Source: Synergistaceae bacterium
GTDB taxonomy: Bacteria; Synergistota; Synergistia; Synergistales; 79-D21
Length of the DNA stretch: 64,000 nucleotides
Reading direction: 5' to 3'
Assembly: GCA_012517195.1 (NCBI GenBank)
Contig: JAAYVK010000064.1
Location: 1,460 to 65,459 of the forward strand
Each line of letters begins with the position of its first letter. Position 1 is the first letter of the stretch. Positions 46,382-56,836 of the stretch are shown here, piece after piece. Position numbers and translations under genes: made by a program. The notes under the pieces were generated by a model, which ran no database searches, was not told where the DNA came from, and saw only the letters and a program-made list of their open reading frames with translations.

Positions 46382-47782
46382 CTAGCCCCTCCTCTCCGGT
46401 GCCGATTCGGTGCCCGCCGCACGGATCGTTTCCAGGATCCGGTCCGTTATTTCCGAAAGGAGCGCTTCTTCCCTGGCCTCCACGAGGATCCGGACAAGCG
46501 GTTCCGTCCCGGACATCCGAACGAAAACACGCCCCTTGTCCCCGAGTCTCTGCTGGCAATCCCGGATCGCCTTCTGAACCCTCTCGCTTTCGAGAATCCC
46601 CGACTTCGCTTCAACACGGAAGTTTCTCAGGAGCTGGGGAAACCGTGCGAAACGATCGACCAGGGTATCCACATCTTCTCCCAGTTCTTCGCAGGCCTTC
46701 AGAAAATTGAGAGCCGTGCAGAGTCCGTCCCCTGTGTGGACGTGCTGGTACAGGATAATATGCCCCGACTGTTCCCCGCCCAGCCTTGAATTGCTCTTCT
46801 TCATCCCCTCCAGCACGTAGCGGTCGCCCACCGGGCACCTCGTCAGGGGAATCCCGATTTCCGAAAGACGCTCTTCGAGCGCCATGTTGCTCATAACCGT
46901 AGAAACGACGCCGGATCCCAGGGTGCCTTTCTTCTGGAGCCAGCGGGCAAGGACCCAGAGAAGGATGTCCCCGTCTATGACCCTTCCCTTGGAATCCGCC
47001 AACAGGACACGGTCAGCATCTCCATCCAGCGCAATTCCGAAGTGAGCCCCGCTGTCTGAGATCGCCCTGGCAAGGTGCGGCATATGCATGACCCCGACCC
47101 CTTCGTTGATGTTCAATCCGTCCGGGCAATTCCCAACCATCCGGACATCCAGGCCGCATCCCGAAAACAGTTCGCCGGCGATCATGCTTGCCGCTCCGTT
47201 CGCGCAATCGATGACGGCCACTTTTCCGGAGAGCCATCCTTCACCGAACAGTCCCCTGAGCCAATCACGATAGCGCAGAACGGACTCGGGCGATTGCCTG
47301 ACGACGCCGATCGAGGCGCCCGAGGGCCTCCACTCGTCCATCAGGGGATCCCCGAGGTATTCCTCGATCGCTGCCTCGTCGTCATCGCTTAACTTGTATC
47401 CCTTGGAGTCGAGAAACTTGATCCCGTTATACTCGGCGGGGTTGTGCGAGGCACTGATCACGGCACCCCCATGGATCCCCGTATGTCGAACCGTATAGCT
47501 GACGCCGGGAGTCGGGATCACGCCAAGGCTGAGGACGTCCGCCCCTGCGGAGGTCAGGCCTGCCGAAAGAGCGGCCTCGAGCATGTACCCGGACCTTCGG
47601 GTATCCCTGCCCAGTGCCACGGTGGGCCGCGGTATTCCCCTTTCCGTCATGAAAAGGACAAAAGCCCTTCCCAGGCTTAAGGCCATTTCTGGGGTCATCA
47701 GCCCCCTGTTCGCAATATCCCTGACGCCATCCGTGCCGAACAGGCAACGAATTTTTCCGGTCTCAGACATCACCGACTTCAC
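46382..47782 (-). CDS. glmM: phosphoglucosamine mutase
   Basis: FGTDGVRD N-terminus and the SASHNPAEYNGIK phosphoserine loop. An alternative start lies at 47770. Confidence 0.93.
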   Translation of the reverse strand: MKSVMSETGKIRCLFGTDGVRDIANRGLMTPEMALSLGRAFVLFMTERGIPRPTVALGRDTRRSGYMLEAALSAGLTSAGADVLSLGVIPTPGVSYTVRHTGIHGGAVISASHNPAEYNGIKFLDSKGYKLSDDDEAAIEEYLGDPLMDEWRPSGASIGVVRQSPESVLRYRDWLRGLFGEGWLSGKVAVIDCANGAASMIAGELFSGCGLDVRMVGNCPDGLNINEGVGVMHMPHLARAISDSGAHFGIALDGDADRVLLADSKGRVIDGDILLWVLARWLQKKGTLGSGVVSTVMSNMALEERLSEIGIPLTRCPVGDRYVLEGMKKSNSRLGGEQSGHIILYQHVHTGDGLCTALNFLKACEELGEDVDTLVDRFARFPQLLRNFRVEAKSGILESERVQKAIRDCQQRLGDKGRVFVRMSGTEPLVRILVEAREEALLSEITDRILETIRAAGTESAPERRG

Positions 47783-47798
47783 CTCATCCTTTTCTCCG

Positions 47799-49028
47799 TT
47801 AGGGGGTTACGGTGTACAAAACCACTCGTTCCGGCTCGACCTTCAAAACCCGGACATCCTTTGCGAGAACCCTGACCTGGACCGGAACGACAATTCTTTT
47901 TGAAACCAGGTTTGTCACATCGACGTAGGCTTCCACGAGCGGTTCGCTCAGGTTCTGAAAAGCGCTGCTTCCCGATTCTGAGACCACCTGCACAGCCACG
48001 GAGGAGGGGACCGCTTTCCACGAGGGATAGAGGCTCTTTCCCTCCAGTTTCACGGGGATTTTCAGCCGTAGGGAACCCGTCCCGTTATCAACGGGGCGAA
48101 CTATAATGGAAACTTTGATCTTTCCTGATCCCAGCAGCTTTATCTGTCCTTCCGGAAGGACCGGTTCCGTTTCGAAGGTTTTCTCCTGGGCAAGTCCTGT
48201 CACATCGATGGGTTTGGTCTCAAGATGTCCCAGCTTTTCGAGAGCGGACCTGGCTCCGACAACCTGCACGGTTGAAGGCTGGGGTACCGCTTCCTCGATT
48301 CGATAGCCGGCTTCGGGGACACCCGATACGGTCGGCACCACCTGGAGTTCCTTTTTCTCCACATCCTTGACCAGAATCGCCCTTAGCCGAATTTCTCCGG
48401 GGTAAAGGTCCACACCCCTCGGCAATCTTTCCCCCTTTTCGGTCCTTGGTTTGACTTCCAGCGTGATCTCCTCTCCTGAGAGGACTTTTGCGGCATTGAC
48501 CTGGACGAAGACATCGTTCAGGCTCGAAAGGAAGTTTTCAGGCCCCCGGAGTGTGACCTCAGAGGGGGTCACCTCAAGTTTTTCCACAAGGACATCCTCA
48601 GGGAGCTCCCCTTCCCAAACGATCTTCACGGGCAGAACTTTTTCGATCAGGCGGGAGAGTTCAACCGTCACCTGCTCCGGGGCGACCGAGACCAGCCTGA
48701 CCCCTGGAGGCAGGAGTACGCGAACCGGCAATCGATACTTGCCGCTTTCAAGTCCCTTGAGATCGACGGCGCATTCCATTTTTTCGAGTTCCAGGCTTTC
48801 AAAGGTTTTCCTGTTGGCCGCGATCCGGACCTGCACTTCCCTCTCCCCACCCAGGATGGAAAACCCTGGAGAGGCATTCTGGTAGTTGACCTTGAGGCGC
48901 AGGGTCCGGTTGACTTCATACCCGCGGTCACCGGAAACGTAAAACCAGATGAGCAGGGCGACGACAAACGCGACCCCTCTCAGAAACATTTTCGAGGAAA
49001 GCAGGCTTTCGATACGCTTAAACGCCAT
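47799..49028 (-). CDS. cdaR: CdaA regulator CdaR (YbbR-repeat protein)
   Basis: N-terminal TM followed by about four YbbR-like beta repeats. Conserved cdaA-cdaR-glmM synteny. Confidence 0.8.
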   Translation of the reverse strand: MAFKRIESLLSSKMFLRGVAFVVALLIWFYVSGDRGYEVNRTLRLKVNYQNASPGFSILGGEREVQVRIAANRKTFESLELEKMECAVDLKGLESGKYRLPVRVLLPPGVRLVSVAPEQVTVELSRLIEKVLPVKIVWEGELPEDVLVEKLEVTPSEVTLRGPENFLSSLNDVFVQVNAAKVLSGEEITLEVKPRTEKGERLPRGVDLYPGEIRLRAILVKDVEKKELQVVPTVSGVPEAGYRIEEAVPQPSTVQVVGARSALEKLGHLETKPIDVTGLAQEKTFETEPVLPEGQIKLLGSGKIKVSIIVRPVDNGTGSLRLKIPVKLEGKSLYPSWKAVPSSVAVQVVSESGSSAFQNLSEPLVEAYVDVTNLVSKRIVVPVQVRVLAKDVRVLKVEPERVVLYTVTP

Positions 49029-49845
49029 CTTGGCCTTCCTCCCTCCACAAAGCCCTGATTTCTTCCCGCAGCTGATCCCACAAACCTTTCGGACCTTCCA
49101 TGGCCATGAAGTAATGGTAAACCAGCCGGTGAACCTGGTCTTCCTTCAATCCCCGGGAAAGGTGTCCGTTTGTGGCAAGGGCCACTTCTCCCCTCTCCTC
49201 GGAAACAACCAGGGCGATTGCATCGGACACTTCGGTCACACCGAGAGCGGCCCGATGCCTCGTTCCGTACCACCTTGACAGGTCGGTGTTGGACGTTAAA
49301 GGCAGATAGCAAGCGGCGGCCACTATGACATTCCGATCGATGATGGCGGCGCCGTCATGAAGAGGATTGTTCGGCCAGAAGATTGAGACGATCAATTCCT
49401 GGGAGATCTCGGCGTTCAATCGGACTGCGGAGCGCCAGACATCCGCCAGCCCGGTCTCTCTCTGGAAGACGAGGATCGCACCCTGGCGCTGGTCCCGGAG
49501 AAAAGAGATGGCTCTCGTCACATCGTCGGCCATCTGTTCCGCGCGCTCGATAGCTTTCCGCCTCTTCCAGATTTTTCCCCGGCCCAACTCTTCCAGCATG
49601 CGCCTCAATTCCGGCTGAAACACGATGGGAATCGCGATAAAAATGGCACCCAGCGCCCTCTCCAGCAGCCAGGACAGAGCCTTCAGATCAAAGTACTTGG
49701 ACACCGCCGCCGTTGCCCCAATGACCAGAATCCCCTTGACCAGCTGCATCGCCCGGGTATCGACCATCAGGAGCAAAACCCGGTAAAGGATAAAGGCCAC
49801 GATGAAAATGTCAAGCAGATCCTGCCATCGGAAATTTTCCAGCAT
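49018..49845 (-). CDS. cdaA: diadenylate cyclase CdaA (DisA_N / DAC domain, 3 N-terminal TM)
   Basis: DGAAIIDR, GTRHRAALGVTE and ALVVSEERGEVALA motifs. Confidence 0.92.
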   Translation of the reverse strand: MLENFRWQDLLDIFIVAFILYRVLLLMVDTRAMQLVKGILVIGATAAVSKYFDLKALSWLLERALGAIFIAIPIVFQPELRRMLEELGRGKIWKRRKAIERAEQMADDVTRAISFLRDQRQGAILVFQRETGLADVWRSAVRLNAEISQELIVSIFWPNNPLHDGAAIIDRNVIVAAACYLPLTSNTDLSRWYGTRHRAALGVTEVSDAIALVVSEERGEVALATNGHLSRGLKEDQVHRLVYHYFMAMEGPKGLWDQLREEIRALWREEGQDGV

Positions 49846-49948
49846 GGATGCCTCCTTCGGAAAGCCTCGTCTCTCAAGGTGAATCCTGAAGGATTTTCGG
49901 GGATTCTTCCCTCGTTTAGTTTATCTCAATTCTTTCTTCAAAGCCCGT

Positions 49949-50791
49949 TCAATAACCCCTTAACTTTCTAAGCAGAGCCATGTTCCCCGCATCACCGGTT
50001 CCGTCCTTTGGGGTCTCGAGGATCAAGGGCACATCTTCCCACCGGTCGTCATTCAGTATCATGGAAAAAAACTTCAAGCCCACTTCTCCATCCCCCAGGT
50101 GCTGGTGGCGGTCGCGCAGGCTTCCCCGTTCAGCCCTCGAATCGTTCAGGTGCCAGCAGCCGATCCTGCTGAGACCGAAGACCTTCTCGAGGCTTCTTGC
50201 AAAGTGTTCGTAAGAGGATCGCTCACGGAATTCGTAGCCTGCGGCATGCAGGTGACAGCTATCCAGGCATAGTCCCAGGCGCTCGTCCCAGCCGAGACCT
50301 TCCAGCACTTCCCTGAATAATTCGAGTCTGGCACCGAGAACCGTTCCCTGCCCCGCCATTGTTTCCAGGAGGATTTTCACTTTCAGGTGGCTCGTCTTCG
50401 CCAGGACGCACCGCAACCCATCCTGGAGGTTTTCCACTCCCCTTTTCTCCCCCAGTCCCAGGTGTGCCCCCGGGTGCAGCACCAGCTCTCCGATTCCAAG
50501 CTGGTCGCAGCGGTCTAGCTCACCGATCAAGGCCTCCACGCTTTTTCGTTTCTGATCCCCTTCCGATGCGAGGTTGATCAGATAAGACGCATGGGCAACG
50601 ACCTTCCTGATTCCGCTTTCCCGTAAAGCCTTCAGGAAAGCAATTCCCTGCGATGGCGGGATGGAGGGAGCCTTCCACTGGAGCTGGTTTTTGGTGAAAA
50701 TCTGAATCGCCTCGCAGCCAAAGGCTTTGCCGCGCTCGATCGCCTTGAGAAAACCGCCCGAGATTGAAACATGCAGACCGATCAGCGACAC
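49949..50791 (-). CDS. nfo: endonuclease IV
   Basis: IGLHVSISGG N-terminus, HASYLINL, and the His/Asp/Glu metal ligands of the AP endonuclease 2 TIM barrel. Start set at GTG 50791 (SD AGGAGGG plus 6 nt); ORF track gives 50836. Confidence 0.88.
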   Translation of the reverse strand: MSLIGLHVSISGGFLKAIERGKAFGCEAIQIFTKNQLQWKAPSIPPSQGIAFLKALRESGIRKVVAHASYLINLASEGDQKRKSVEALIGELDRCDQLGIGELVLHPGAHLGLGEKRGVENLQDGLRCVLAKTSHLKVKILLETMAGQGTVLGARLELFREVLEGLGWDERLGLCLDSCHLHAAGYEFRERSSYEHFARSLEKVFGLSRIGCWHLNDSRAERGSLRDRHQHLGDGEVGLKFFSMILNDDRWEDVPLILETPKDGTGDAGNMALLRKLRGY

Positions 50792-51381
50792 GGGTTTCCC
50801 TCCTGAGGCGGTCTCAAGGCCCTGCCCAGTTGCCACAGGATCCTGGCTGTGGCCCCCCAGACACGGTGACTCCCGGGGAGTTCAAACACCGGGAAAAGGG
50901 CCTGTACCGCCCCGTGCTTCGCCCATTCCAGGCGGGGCGGGGAAAGGAATACTTCCACTCTGGGAAGAAGGATTTCATCCACCTCATTCGGGTCAAGGCG
51001 GGGAAAGGAAGCCGCCCCGGCTTCCTGGAAAGCAAGCACCGGGTGAATCTCGAAATCGCTGGTATAGGCATATTCCCTTTCCAGCATCCCAAGCAGGCGG
51101 ATCCTTGCCGGATCAAGCCCGATCTCTTCCTGCGCCTCGCGCACCGCCGTTTCAAAAGGCCCCCGGTCGCAGGGTTCCCTTCTTCCGCCAGGGAAAGCGA
51201 TTTCCCCGGGATGACGGTTCAGGTGCCTGGGACGCCGGATCAGCAGGATCCGGGTATCTTCTTCAGGACCGCAAAAAAGGACAAGCACCGCACTTTGGCG
51301 GAACTTCCCCTCGGTCGGGATCGATTCCCAGTCCGGGCAATCCGCCGGGATTTCTGCTCGTAGCCTTCTTTCCCAGAGCAT
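50782..51381 (-). CDS. Nudix hydrolase, CoA pyrophosphatase-like
   Basis: Nudix box GGRREPCDRGPFETAVREAQEEIGL, preceded by LLIRRPRHLNRHPGEIAFPGG as in the NudL/YeaB-type family. Confidence 0.8.
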   Translation of the reverse strand: MLWERRLRAEIPADCPDWESIPTEGKFRQSAVLVLFCGPEEDTRILLIRRPRHLNRHPGEIAFPGGRREPCDRGPFETAVREAQEEIGLDPARIRLLGMLEREYAYTSDFEIHPVLAFQEAGAASFPRLDPNEVDEILLPRVEVFLSPPRLEWAKHGAVQALFPVFELPGSHRVWGATARILWQLGRALRPPQEGNPCR

Positions 51382-51399
51382 TTTCCTCCCCTAGCAGGC

Positions 51400-53160
51400 T
51401 TACCTGACGGTGACCTTGCCGTGATAGACCAGGCCACGGGAGCCATCCACCGTGACAAACATCCCGTCTTCAAGAAGCTTCAGGGCATCCGTCGCCGAAA
51501 CAACACATGGAATGCCCATTTCAAGGGCAAGGATGGCGGCATGGCTCGTGAGTCCGCCCTCCTCGCAAATGATCGCCGAGGCCTTTCGAATGGCATCCAC
51601 GTAATCCCTGTCCGTTTGACGCGCTACAAGCACGGCTCCGGGACGCATCTTGCTTCGGGCTTCGGCTGCCGTGGTGCCCTTGACCACAGGCCCGTAAGCT
51701 TCTTTTCGTACGAGGGAAATTCCTTTTACGACAATCCTTCCGACCGTATGAACCCGGACCATATCCGTCGTTCCCGCGATGCCGGTCGGCAAGCCGGAGG
51801 TCACGACCACGATATCCCCTTCCGAGGCTATCCCTTCCGCCAGGGTCGCCAGGAGACCCGATTCCACCATTTCGCGTTCATCAGCGTGGGTCTTTCCGGT
51901 CAGGATCGGAATGACTCCCCATACAAGGGCAAGTTCCCTCCAGGTGCCGCGTTCCGCGGTTACACCCGATATCGGGCAACCGGGCCGGTACTTGCTGACC
52001 ATTCTGGCCGTGCTGCCGCTCTGGGTCAGGGAAAGGATGACCTTCGCCTGCATCTGTTCCGCGATCGTCACAGCCGCATGGCTTACGGCATCGGGAACAG
52101 ACTGGGAGGCTACCGGAGGAAGAGAAGAGGGCCTTTGCCACACGCGGATTTCTTTCTCCGTTCTGGCGATGATCCGCGCCATGGTTTCGACGGCCTGGAC
52201 CGGGTATGCCCCCTTCGCGGTTTCTCCGGATAGCATCACCGCGTCCGCTCCATCCAGAACCGCGTTCGCGACATCGTTCACTTCTGCCCGGGTCGGCCGC
52301 GGGTTCCGGATCATCGAATCCAGCATCTGGGTCGCCACGATGACCGGTTTCCCCTGCGACCGGCCCAGGTCAATCATGCGCTTCTGGATCAGCGGCACCT
52401 CTTCAGCCGGAAGCTCTACTCCCAGGTCTCCCCGCGCCACCATCAGCCCGTCAACGACTTCGACGATCTCCTCCAAGGCAGCAACGGCCTCGCTTGTTTC
52501 GATCTTTGCGATGATCTTCATGGATCCGCCCATTTCCTCCATGACGCGGCGAACCTCCATGATGTCATCCCGCGATCGAACGAAAGAAACGGCGATGTAA
52601 TCAAGGGCGTGTTCGAGTCCCCAGCGGATGTCTTCCCGGTCTTTGTCCGTCAGCGTCGGGATCTTCAACTTTGCCCCCGGAAAACTGACGCCTTTCTGTT
52701 CCCCCAGTTCTCCTCCGACGAGCACTTCCATTACCAGCTCGTTCTCTCCCGCTTCGAGCACCTTCAAATGCAGGCTGCCGTCGTCGATAAAGACATCCTG
52801 CCCCCGATTGAGCTCCCTGCAGACCTGTGGGTGGCTGATCGACACCTGGTTCTCCGTCCCCATCTCTTCCTGGGCGACAAACCGGAAGACCTTCCCCCGC
52901 GCAAGGGTAACGGGAAGGCCGTTAACAAGTTTGCCGGTTCGGATTTCGGGGCCTTTTGTATCGAGAATCGTCGCGATCGGGGTTCTCAACTGTTGCTCCA
53001 CGGTTCGGATGTTCTCGAGATTTTCGCCGTGGCTCTCGTATGATCCGTGACTGAAGTTCAGCCGGGCGACATTCATTCCTGCCCTGACCATTTCGGCGAG
53101 CGTCTCCCTGGATCGACAGGCTGGACCCAGCGTACAGACGATCTTAACCTTTTTCATCAT
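51400..53160 (-). CDS. pyk: pyruvate kinase with a C-terminal PEP-utilizer mobile domain
   Basis: [13 protein letters not shown] and [10 protein letters not shown]. The C-terminal [22 protein letters not shown] extension is as in Geobacillus/Bacillus PK. Start at ATG 53160 with SD GGGAGG; ORF track gives 53187. Confidence 0.95.
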   Translation of the reverse strand: MMKKVKIVCTLGPACRSRETLAEMVRAGMNVARLNFSHGSYESHGENLENIRTVEQQLRTPIATILDTKGPEIRTGKLVNGLPVTLARGKVFRFVAQEEMGTENQVSISHPQVCRELNRGQDVFIDDGSLHLKVLEAGENELVMEVLVGGELGEQKGVSFPGAKLKIPTLTDKDREDIRWGLEHALDYIAVSFVRSRDDIMEVRRVMEEMGGSMKIIAKIETSEAVAALEEIVEVVDGLMVARGDLGVELPAEEVPLIQKRMIDLGRSQGKPVIVATQMLDSMIRNPRPTRAEVNDVANAVLDGADAVMLSGETAKGAYPVQAVETMARIIARTEKEIRVWQRPSSLPPVASQSVPDAVSHAAVTIAEQMQAKVILSLTQSGSTARMVSKYRPGCPISGVTAERGTWRELALVWGVIPILTGKTHADEREMVESGLLATLAEGIASEGDIVVVTSGLPTGIAGTTDMVRVHTVGRIVVKGISLVRKEAYGPVVKGTTAAEARSKMRPGAVLVARQTDRDYVDAIRKASAIICEEGGLTSHAAILALEMGIPCVVSATDALKLLEDGMFVTVDGSRGLVYHGKVTVR

Positions 53161-53404
53161 GCAACCTCCCGCAAAGGATTTTCCCATGCTTTGTGTAGAT
53201 TTCAGCCGCTCCCCTGATTTTCATCGCCGACGTGTGTTCGGTGAACTGGGAAATCCAGACCTCTCCTGCATCAAGTTTCTCGGTATGGCTAAACTTCGTC
53301 TCCTGGCCTCTCGTAAGGCCGATCACCGTGACTCCGTTTTCCATGGCCTTGATGACAAGGTAATCACTCAGGACAGACGTGATCTCTCCCGCTTCTTCTC
53401 TCAT
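53144..53404 (-). CDS. mtrB: trp RNA-binding attenuation protein (TRAP / MtrB) homolog, 86 aa
   Basis: [62 protein letters not shown], against recalled B. subtilis Mtr[72 protein letters not shown] lies 6 nt before the ATG at 53404. Confidence 0.85.
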   Translation of the reverse strand: MREEAGEITSVLSDYLVIKAMENGVTVIGLTRGQETKFSHTEKLDAGEVWISQFTEHTSAMKIRGAAEIYTKHGKILCGRLHDEKG

Positions 53405-53428
53405 GAAAGTCCCCTCCATCGTGAAGAA

Positions 53429-56400
53429 TTAAAGGATGACTTCAAGGCCTCCCCCGGAAAGATTCGTCAAGCGCTCCACGAGAGAGGCTTCCGGTTTCAC
53501 CCGGATCTCCTTCAGCCGGATAACTGTTACCGAATTTTCCTCAATGTACTCGACGATCACGGGGGAAGCCCCTGCGTGTCCCTTCAGCTCCCGGCAAAGC
53601 GCCTTGAAGGGCATTGGGCCTGTTTCGCCTTTCAGCCGGATCCTGACAAACGGTTCCTGGGAGGTCTCGATCTCCGACAGCGGAATGATCTCCTCGGCAA
53701 CCATTGTGATTCCGCCCCGATCCTGGACTTTCCCCCGGGCGAAAAAAACTTTTCCCGGGTCCAGAATGCCCTTGACCGTCTGCCAGAGTTTCGGGAAGCA
53801 GACCACTTCCAGCCGACTCTCCGTATCTTCGAACTCCAGGATCCCCATCAGGTCGCCTCGCTTGGTCGTCTTCTCCTTAAAGCTGACGAGAAGGCCGCCC
53901 ACGGTCGCCTGGCTTTCAGGGGCTTTCCAGAATCGCAGGTCGGCAATCCTGCAGGTCGAAAATCTCGCGATCCGCTCCTCCTCCTTCTCCAGAGGATGCC
54001 CTGAAATGAAAAGCCCCAGGACTTCCTTTTCCAGGTCCAGCGTTTCCAGAAGGGTAAAATCTTCGCACTCTCCCATCGCCGGTTCCTCCTGGGGCAATTC
54101 CTCCACCAGCGTCAGCAGGGATCTCTGGGCTCCGTCGCTCTGTTTCTTTTGAACACGGTCGATCATCAACGGCAAGTTTTCGAGCAGTTGTTTCCGATTC
54201 TGATGGAGTCCCGAAAAAGCCCCTGCCTTGATTAGATTTTCAATCACGCTGCGGTTGACGATCCGGAGGTCTACCTTGTTCAGAAAATCCCAGAGAGATT
54301 TGAATGCCCCTTTCGACTGCCTCGCCGTCAGGATGGCCTCCACGGCAGTTTCTCCCGCCTTTGCAACAGCCTTGAGCCCGAAGCGGATCACTCCCCCCAC
54401 CGCGGAAAAAGCAGCTCCCGACTCGTTGATATCCGGGGGCAGAACCTGGATCCCTGCGTTTCTGACCTCCCTGACATACCGTGCAAGCACATCCATCCTG
54501 GCACCAATCTGGCTTGACAGGAAAGCTGCCAGGAATTCCGCCTTGTAATGCGCCTTAAGATAGGCTGTCTGGTAGCTGATCAAAGCGTAAGCTGCACTGT
54601 GAGATTTGTTGAAACCATAACCGGCGAACTTCTGGATGAGGTCGAAAAGGGATTCTGCCGTTGTCCGTTCGACTCCGTTGCTGAGGCAGCCGTCCACGAA
54701 TTTTTTCCGCTGCTGCTCCATCACTTCCATTTTCTTCTTTCCCATTGCCCGCCGAAGAAGGTCCGCTTCCCCCAGGGAGAATCCCGCCAGAGTTGCAGCG
54801 ATCTGCATCACCTGCTCCTGGTAAAGGATGACCCCGTAGGTTTCCTTCAAGACAGGCTCAAGCAAAGGATGCGGGTAGACGACCTCCGATCGGCCGTGCT
54901 TGCAGTTGATGAATTGATCCACCATGCCGCTCTCGAGGGGGCCCGGCCGATACAGGGCCAGAATCGCCACGAGGTCCTCGAAGGAATCGGGCAGGATTTT
55001 CTTCAGAAGCTGCCTCATGCCTGGAGATTCAAGCTGGAAGACGCCCAGGGTCTCGCCCGCCTGCAGCAGGGCAAACGTGGCCGAATCCTCTAGCGGCAGA
55101 GCGTTGATGTCGGGGACTTCCTTCCCGTTCAACCGGATGTTCTCGAGAGTGTCTTCGAGCATGGAAAGGGTTCGCAGCCCGAGAAAATCCATCTTGACCA
55201 GGCCAAGTTTTTCGATCGCCTCCATGCCAAACTGGGTAACCACCTGGCCATCGCCAATTTTCCGGACGGGGACCAGGTCGGTCACCTCCACCGGAGAGAT
55301 TACGACCCCTGCGGCATGCTGGGAACAGTGGCGGGCAAGCCCTTCAATCTTGCCCGCCACTTCAAGCAAGTTTCGGATCGCGGGTTCTTTCTTCTGGAAG
55401 AGGGCCAGGTCCGGCGATTCTTCCAGCGCCTCGGCGATACTTCCAACCCCGTCGGGGACGCTTTTAGCCACCCGATTGACATCCGGCAGGGGGATCCCCA
55501 GTGCCCGCCCCACATCGCGGATCGCTCCCTTGCTTTTCATCCGGTCAAAGGTGATGATCTGGGCGACGTGCTCGCGGCCGTATTTACGCACAACGTACTC
55601 AAGGACTTCGTCCCGCCTCTTGTCGGAGATGTCCGTGTCGATGTCCGGCATGCTGATGCGCTCAGGATTCAGGAAGCGCTCAAACAGGAGTTGATACCGG
55701 ATCGGATCCAGCTCGGTGATCTTCAACGCCCAAGCGGCGAGAGAACCTGCCGCTGATCCCCTACCCGGCCCCACGGGGATTCCGCGCGCCTTGGCCGCCC
55801 GGATAAAATCGGAAACCACGAGGAAATACCCGGCGAAACCCATCTTTTTGATAACCCCCAGCTCGTAGGACATCCTGTCACGGTATTCCTGCGGCGGGGC
55901 ACCTCCCATTCGCTCGTTCAGACCGTCCCAGGCAAGTCTCTCCAGGTAGCTCTCCAGGGTGTCTCCTTCCGGGACCTCGAAGCGGGGAAGCCGGTAGACG
56001 TTGAATTCCAGCTTGACATCGCATTTCTCTGCAATTTCAAGAGTATTGCTCAGCGCTTCGGGCAGTTCCTTTCCGAACAGGGCCCACATCTCCTCCGGGG
56101 AGCGCAGGTAGAACTCCGATGCCCCGAACCTGTAGCGGTTGGGATCATTGACCGTCGCGTTTGTCTGGACGCAAAGAAGGATATCGTGCCATGAGGCATC
56201 CGAAGCGTTCAGGTAGTGGGCATCGTTGGTCGCGATCAGGGGAATTCCCGTGCTCTTCGAGATGCGGACGATCGCTTTGTTCACAAGGGCCTGCTCGGGC
56301 AGGGCGTTGTGCATGACCTCCAGGTAGAAATTTCCTTTCCCCAGGATGTCCTGATACAGGATCGCCCTCTCTGCCGCGCCCTCCTCGTTTCCCTCAAGGA

Positions 56401-56836
56401 TCAAGGCGGGGATCTCTCCCGCCAGGCAGGCGGAAGACCCGATGAGCCCTTTCGAATGCCGGGCAAGAAGGTCGTGATCGATCCGCGGCCGGTAGTAAAA
56501 ACCGTCCGTGTTGGCAATGGAGACCAGCTTGACCAGATTGTGGTACCCTTCCAGGTCCCTGGCCAGGAGGATCAGGTGATTGTTGCCTCCCTTCCGGTCT
56601 CGGCAGGTATGTCCCAGCGGATCAAGGTAGACCTCGCATCCGATTATGGGCTTGACCCCGTAAGCGTGGCACTTTTCGTAGAACTCCACCGTTCCGTACA
56701 TCGCGCCATGGTCCGTTAACGCGACCGCGGGTGATCCCCACTCCGCGACCCTGGATGCAATCTCAGCGCAGCGGATCGCCCCGTCAAGAAGGCTGTATTC
56801 GCTATGAACGTGGAGGTGAACAAACGGGTCCTTCAT
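53429..56836 (-). CDS. dnaE: DNA polymerase III alpha subunit (DnaE type)
   Basis: PHP domain FVHLHVHSEYSLLDGA, the polymerase core, an OB fold and a C-terminal region. 1135 aa. Confidence 0.97.
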   Translation of the reverse strand: MKDPFVHLHVHSEYSLLDGAIRCAEIASRVAEWGSPAVALTDHGAMYGTVEFYEKCHAYGVKPIIGCEVYLDPLGHTCRDRKGGNNHLILLARDLEGYHNLVKLVSIANTDGFYYRPRIDHDLLARHSKGLIGSSACLAGEIPALILEGNEEGAAERAILYQDILGKGNFYLEVMHNALPEQALVNKAIVRISKSTGIPLIATNDAHYLNASDASWHDILLCVQTNATVNDPNRYRFGASEFYLRSPEEMWALFGKELPEALSNTLEIAEKCDVKLEFNVYRLPRFEVPEGDTLESYLERLAWDGLNERMGGAPPQEYRDRMSYELGVIKKMGFAGYFLVVSDFIRAAKARGIPVGPGRGSAAGSLAAWALKITELDPIRYQLLFERFLNPERISMPDIDTDISDKRRDEVLEYVVRKYGREHVAQIITFDRMKSKGAIRDVGRALGIPLPDVNRVAKSVPDGVGSIAEALEESPDLALFQKKEPAIRNLLEVAGKIEGLARHCSQHAAGVVISPVEVTDLVPVRKIGDGQVVTQFGMEAIEKLGLVKMDFLGLRTLSMLEDTLENIRLNGKEVPDINALPLEDSATFALLQAGETLGVFQLESPGMRQLLKKILPDSFEDLVAILALYRPGPLESGMVDQFINCKHGRSEVVYPHPLLEPVLKETYGVILYQEQVMQIAATLAGFSLGEADLLRRAMGKKKMEVMEQQRKKFVDGCLSNGVERTTAESLFDLIQKFAGYGFNKSHSAAYALISYQTAYLKAHYKAEFLAAFLSSQIGARMDVLARYVREVRNAGIQVLPPDINESGAAFSAVGGVIRFGLKAVAKAGETAVEAILTARQSKGAFKSLWDFLNKVDLRIVNRSVIENLIKAGAFSGLHQNRKQLLENLPLMIDRVQKKQSDGAQRSLLTLVEELPQEEPAMGECEDFTLLETLDLEKEVLGLFISGHPLEKEEERIARFSTCRIADLRFWKAPESQATVGGLLVSFKEKTTKRGDLMGILEFEDTESRLEVVCFPKLWQTVKGILDPGKVFFARGKVQDRGGITMVAEEIIPLSEIETSQEPFVRIRLKGETGPMPFKALCRELKGHAGASPVIVEYIEENSVTVIRLKEIRVKPEASLVERLTNLSGGGLEVIL

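Noticed and set aside
53100-53440. Search for a TRAP-binding (G/U)AG triplet array near mtrB/pyk and in the other leaders I read (gap, V-ATPase, glmS, mraZ, cdaA, M48 peptidase)
   Set aside because: I saw no run of regularly spaced GAG/UAG triplets by eye. This was not an exhaustive scan of the 64 kb, and targets are expected elsewhere in the genome.
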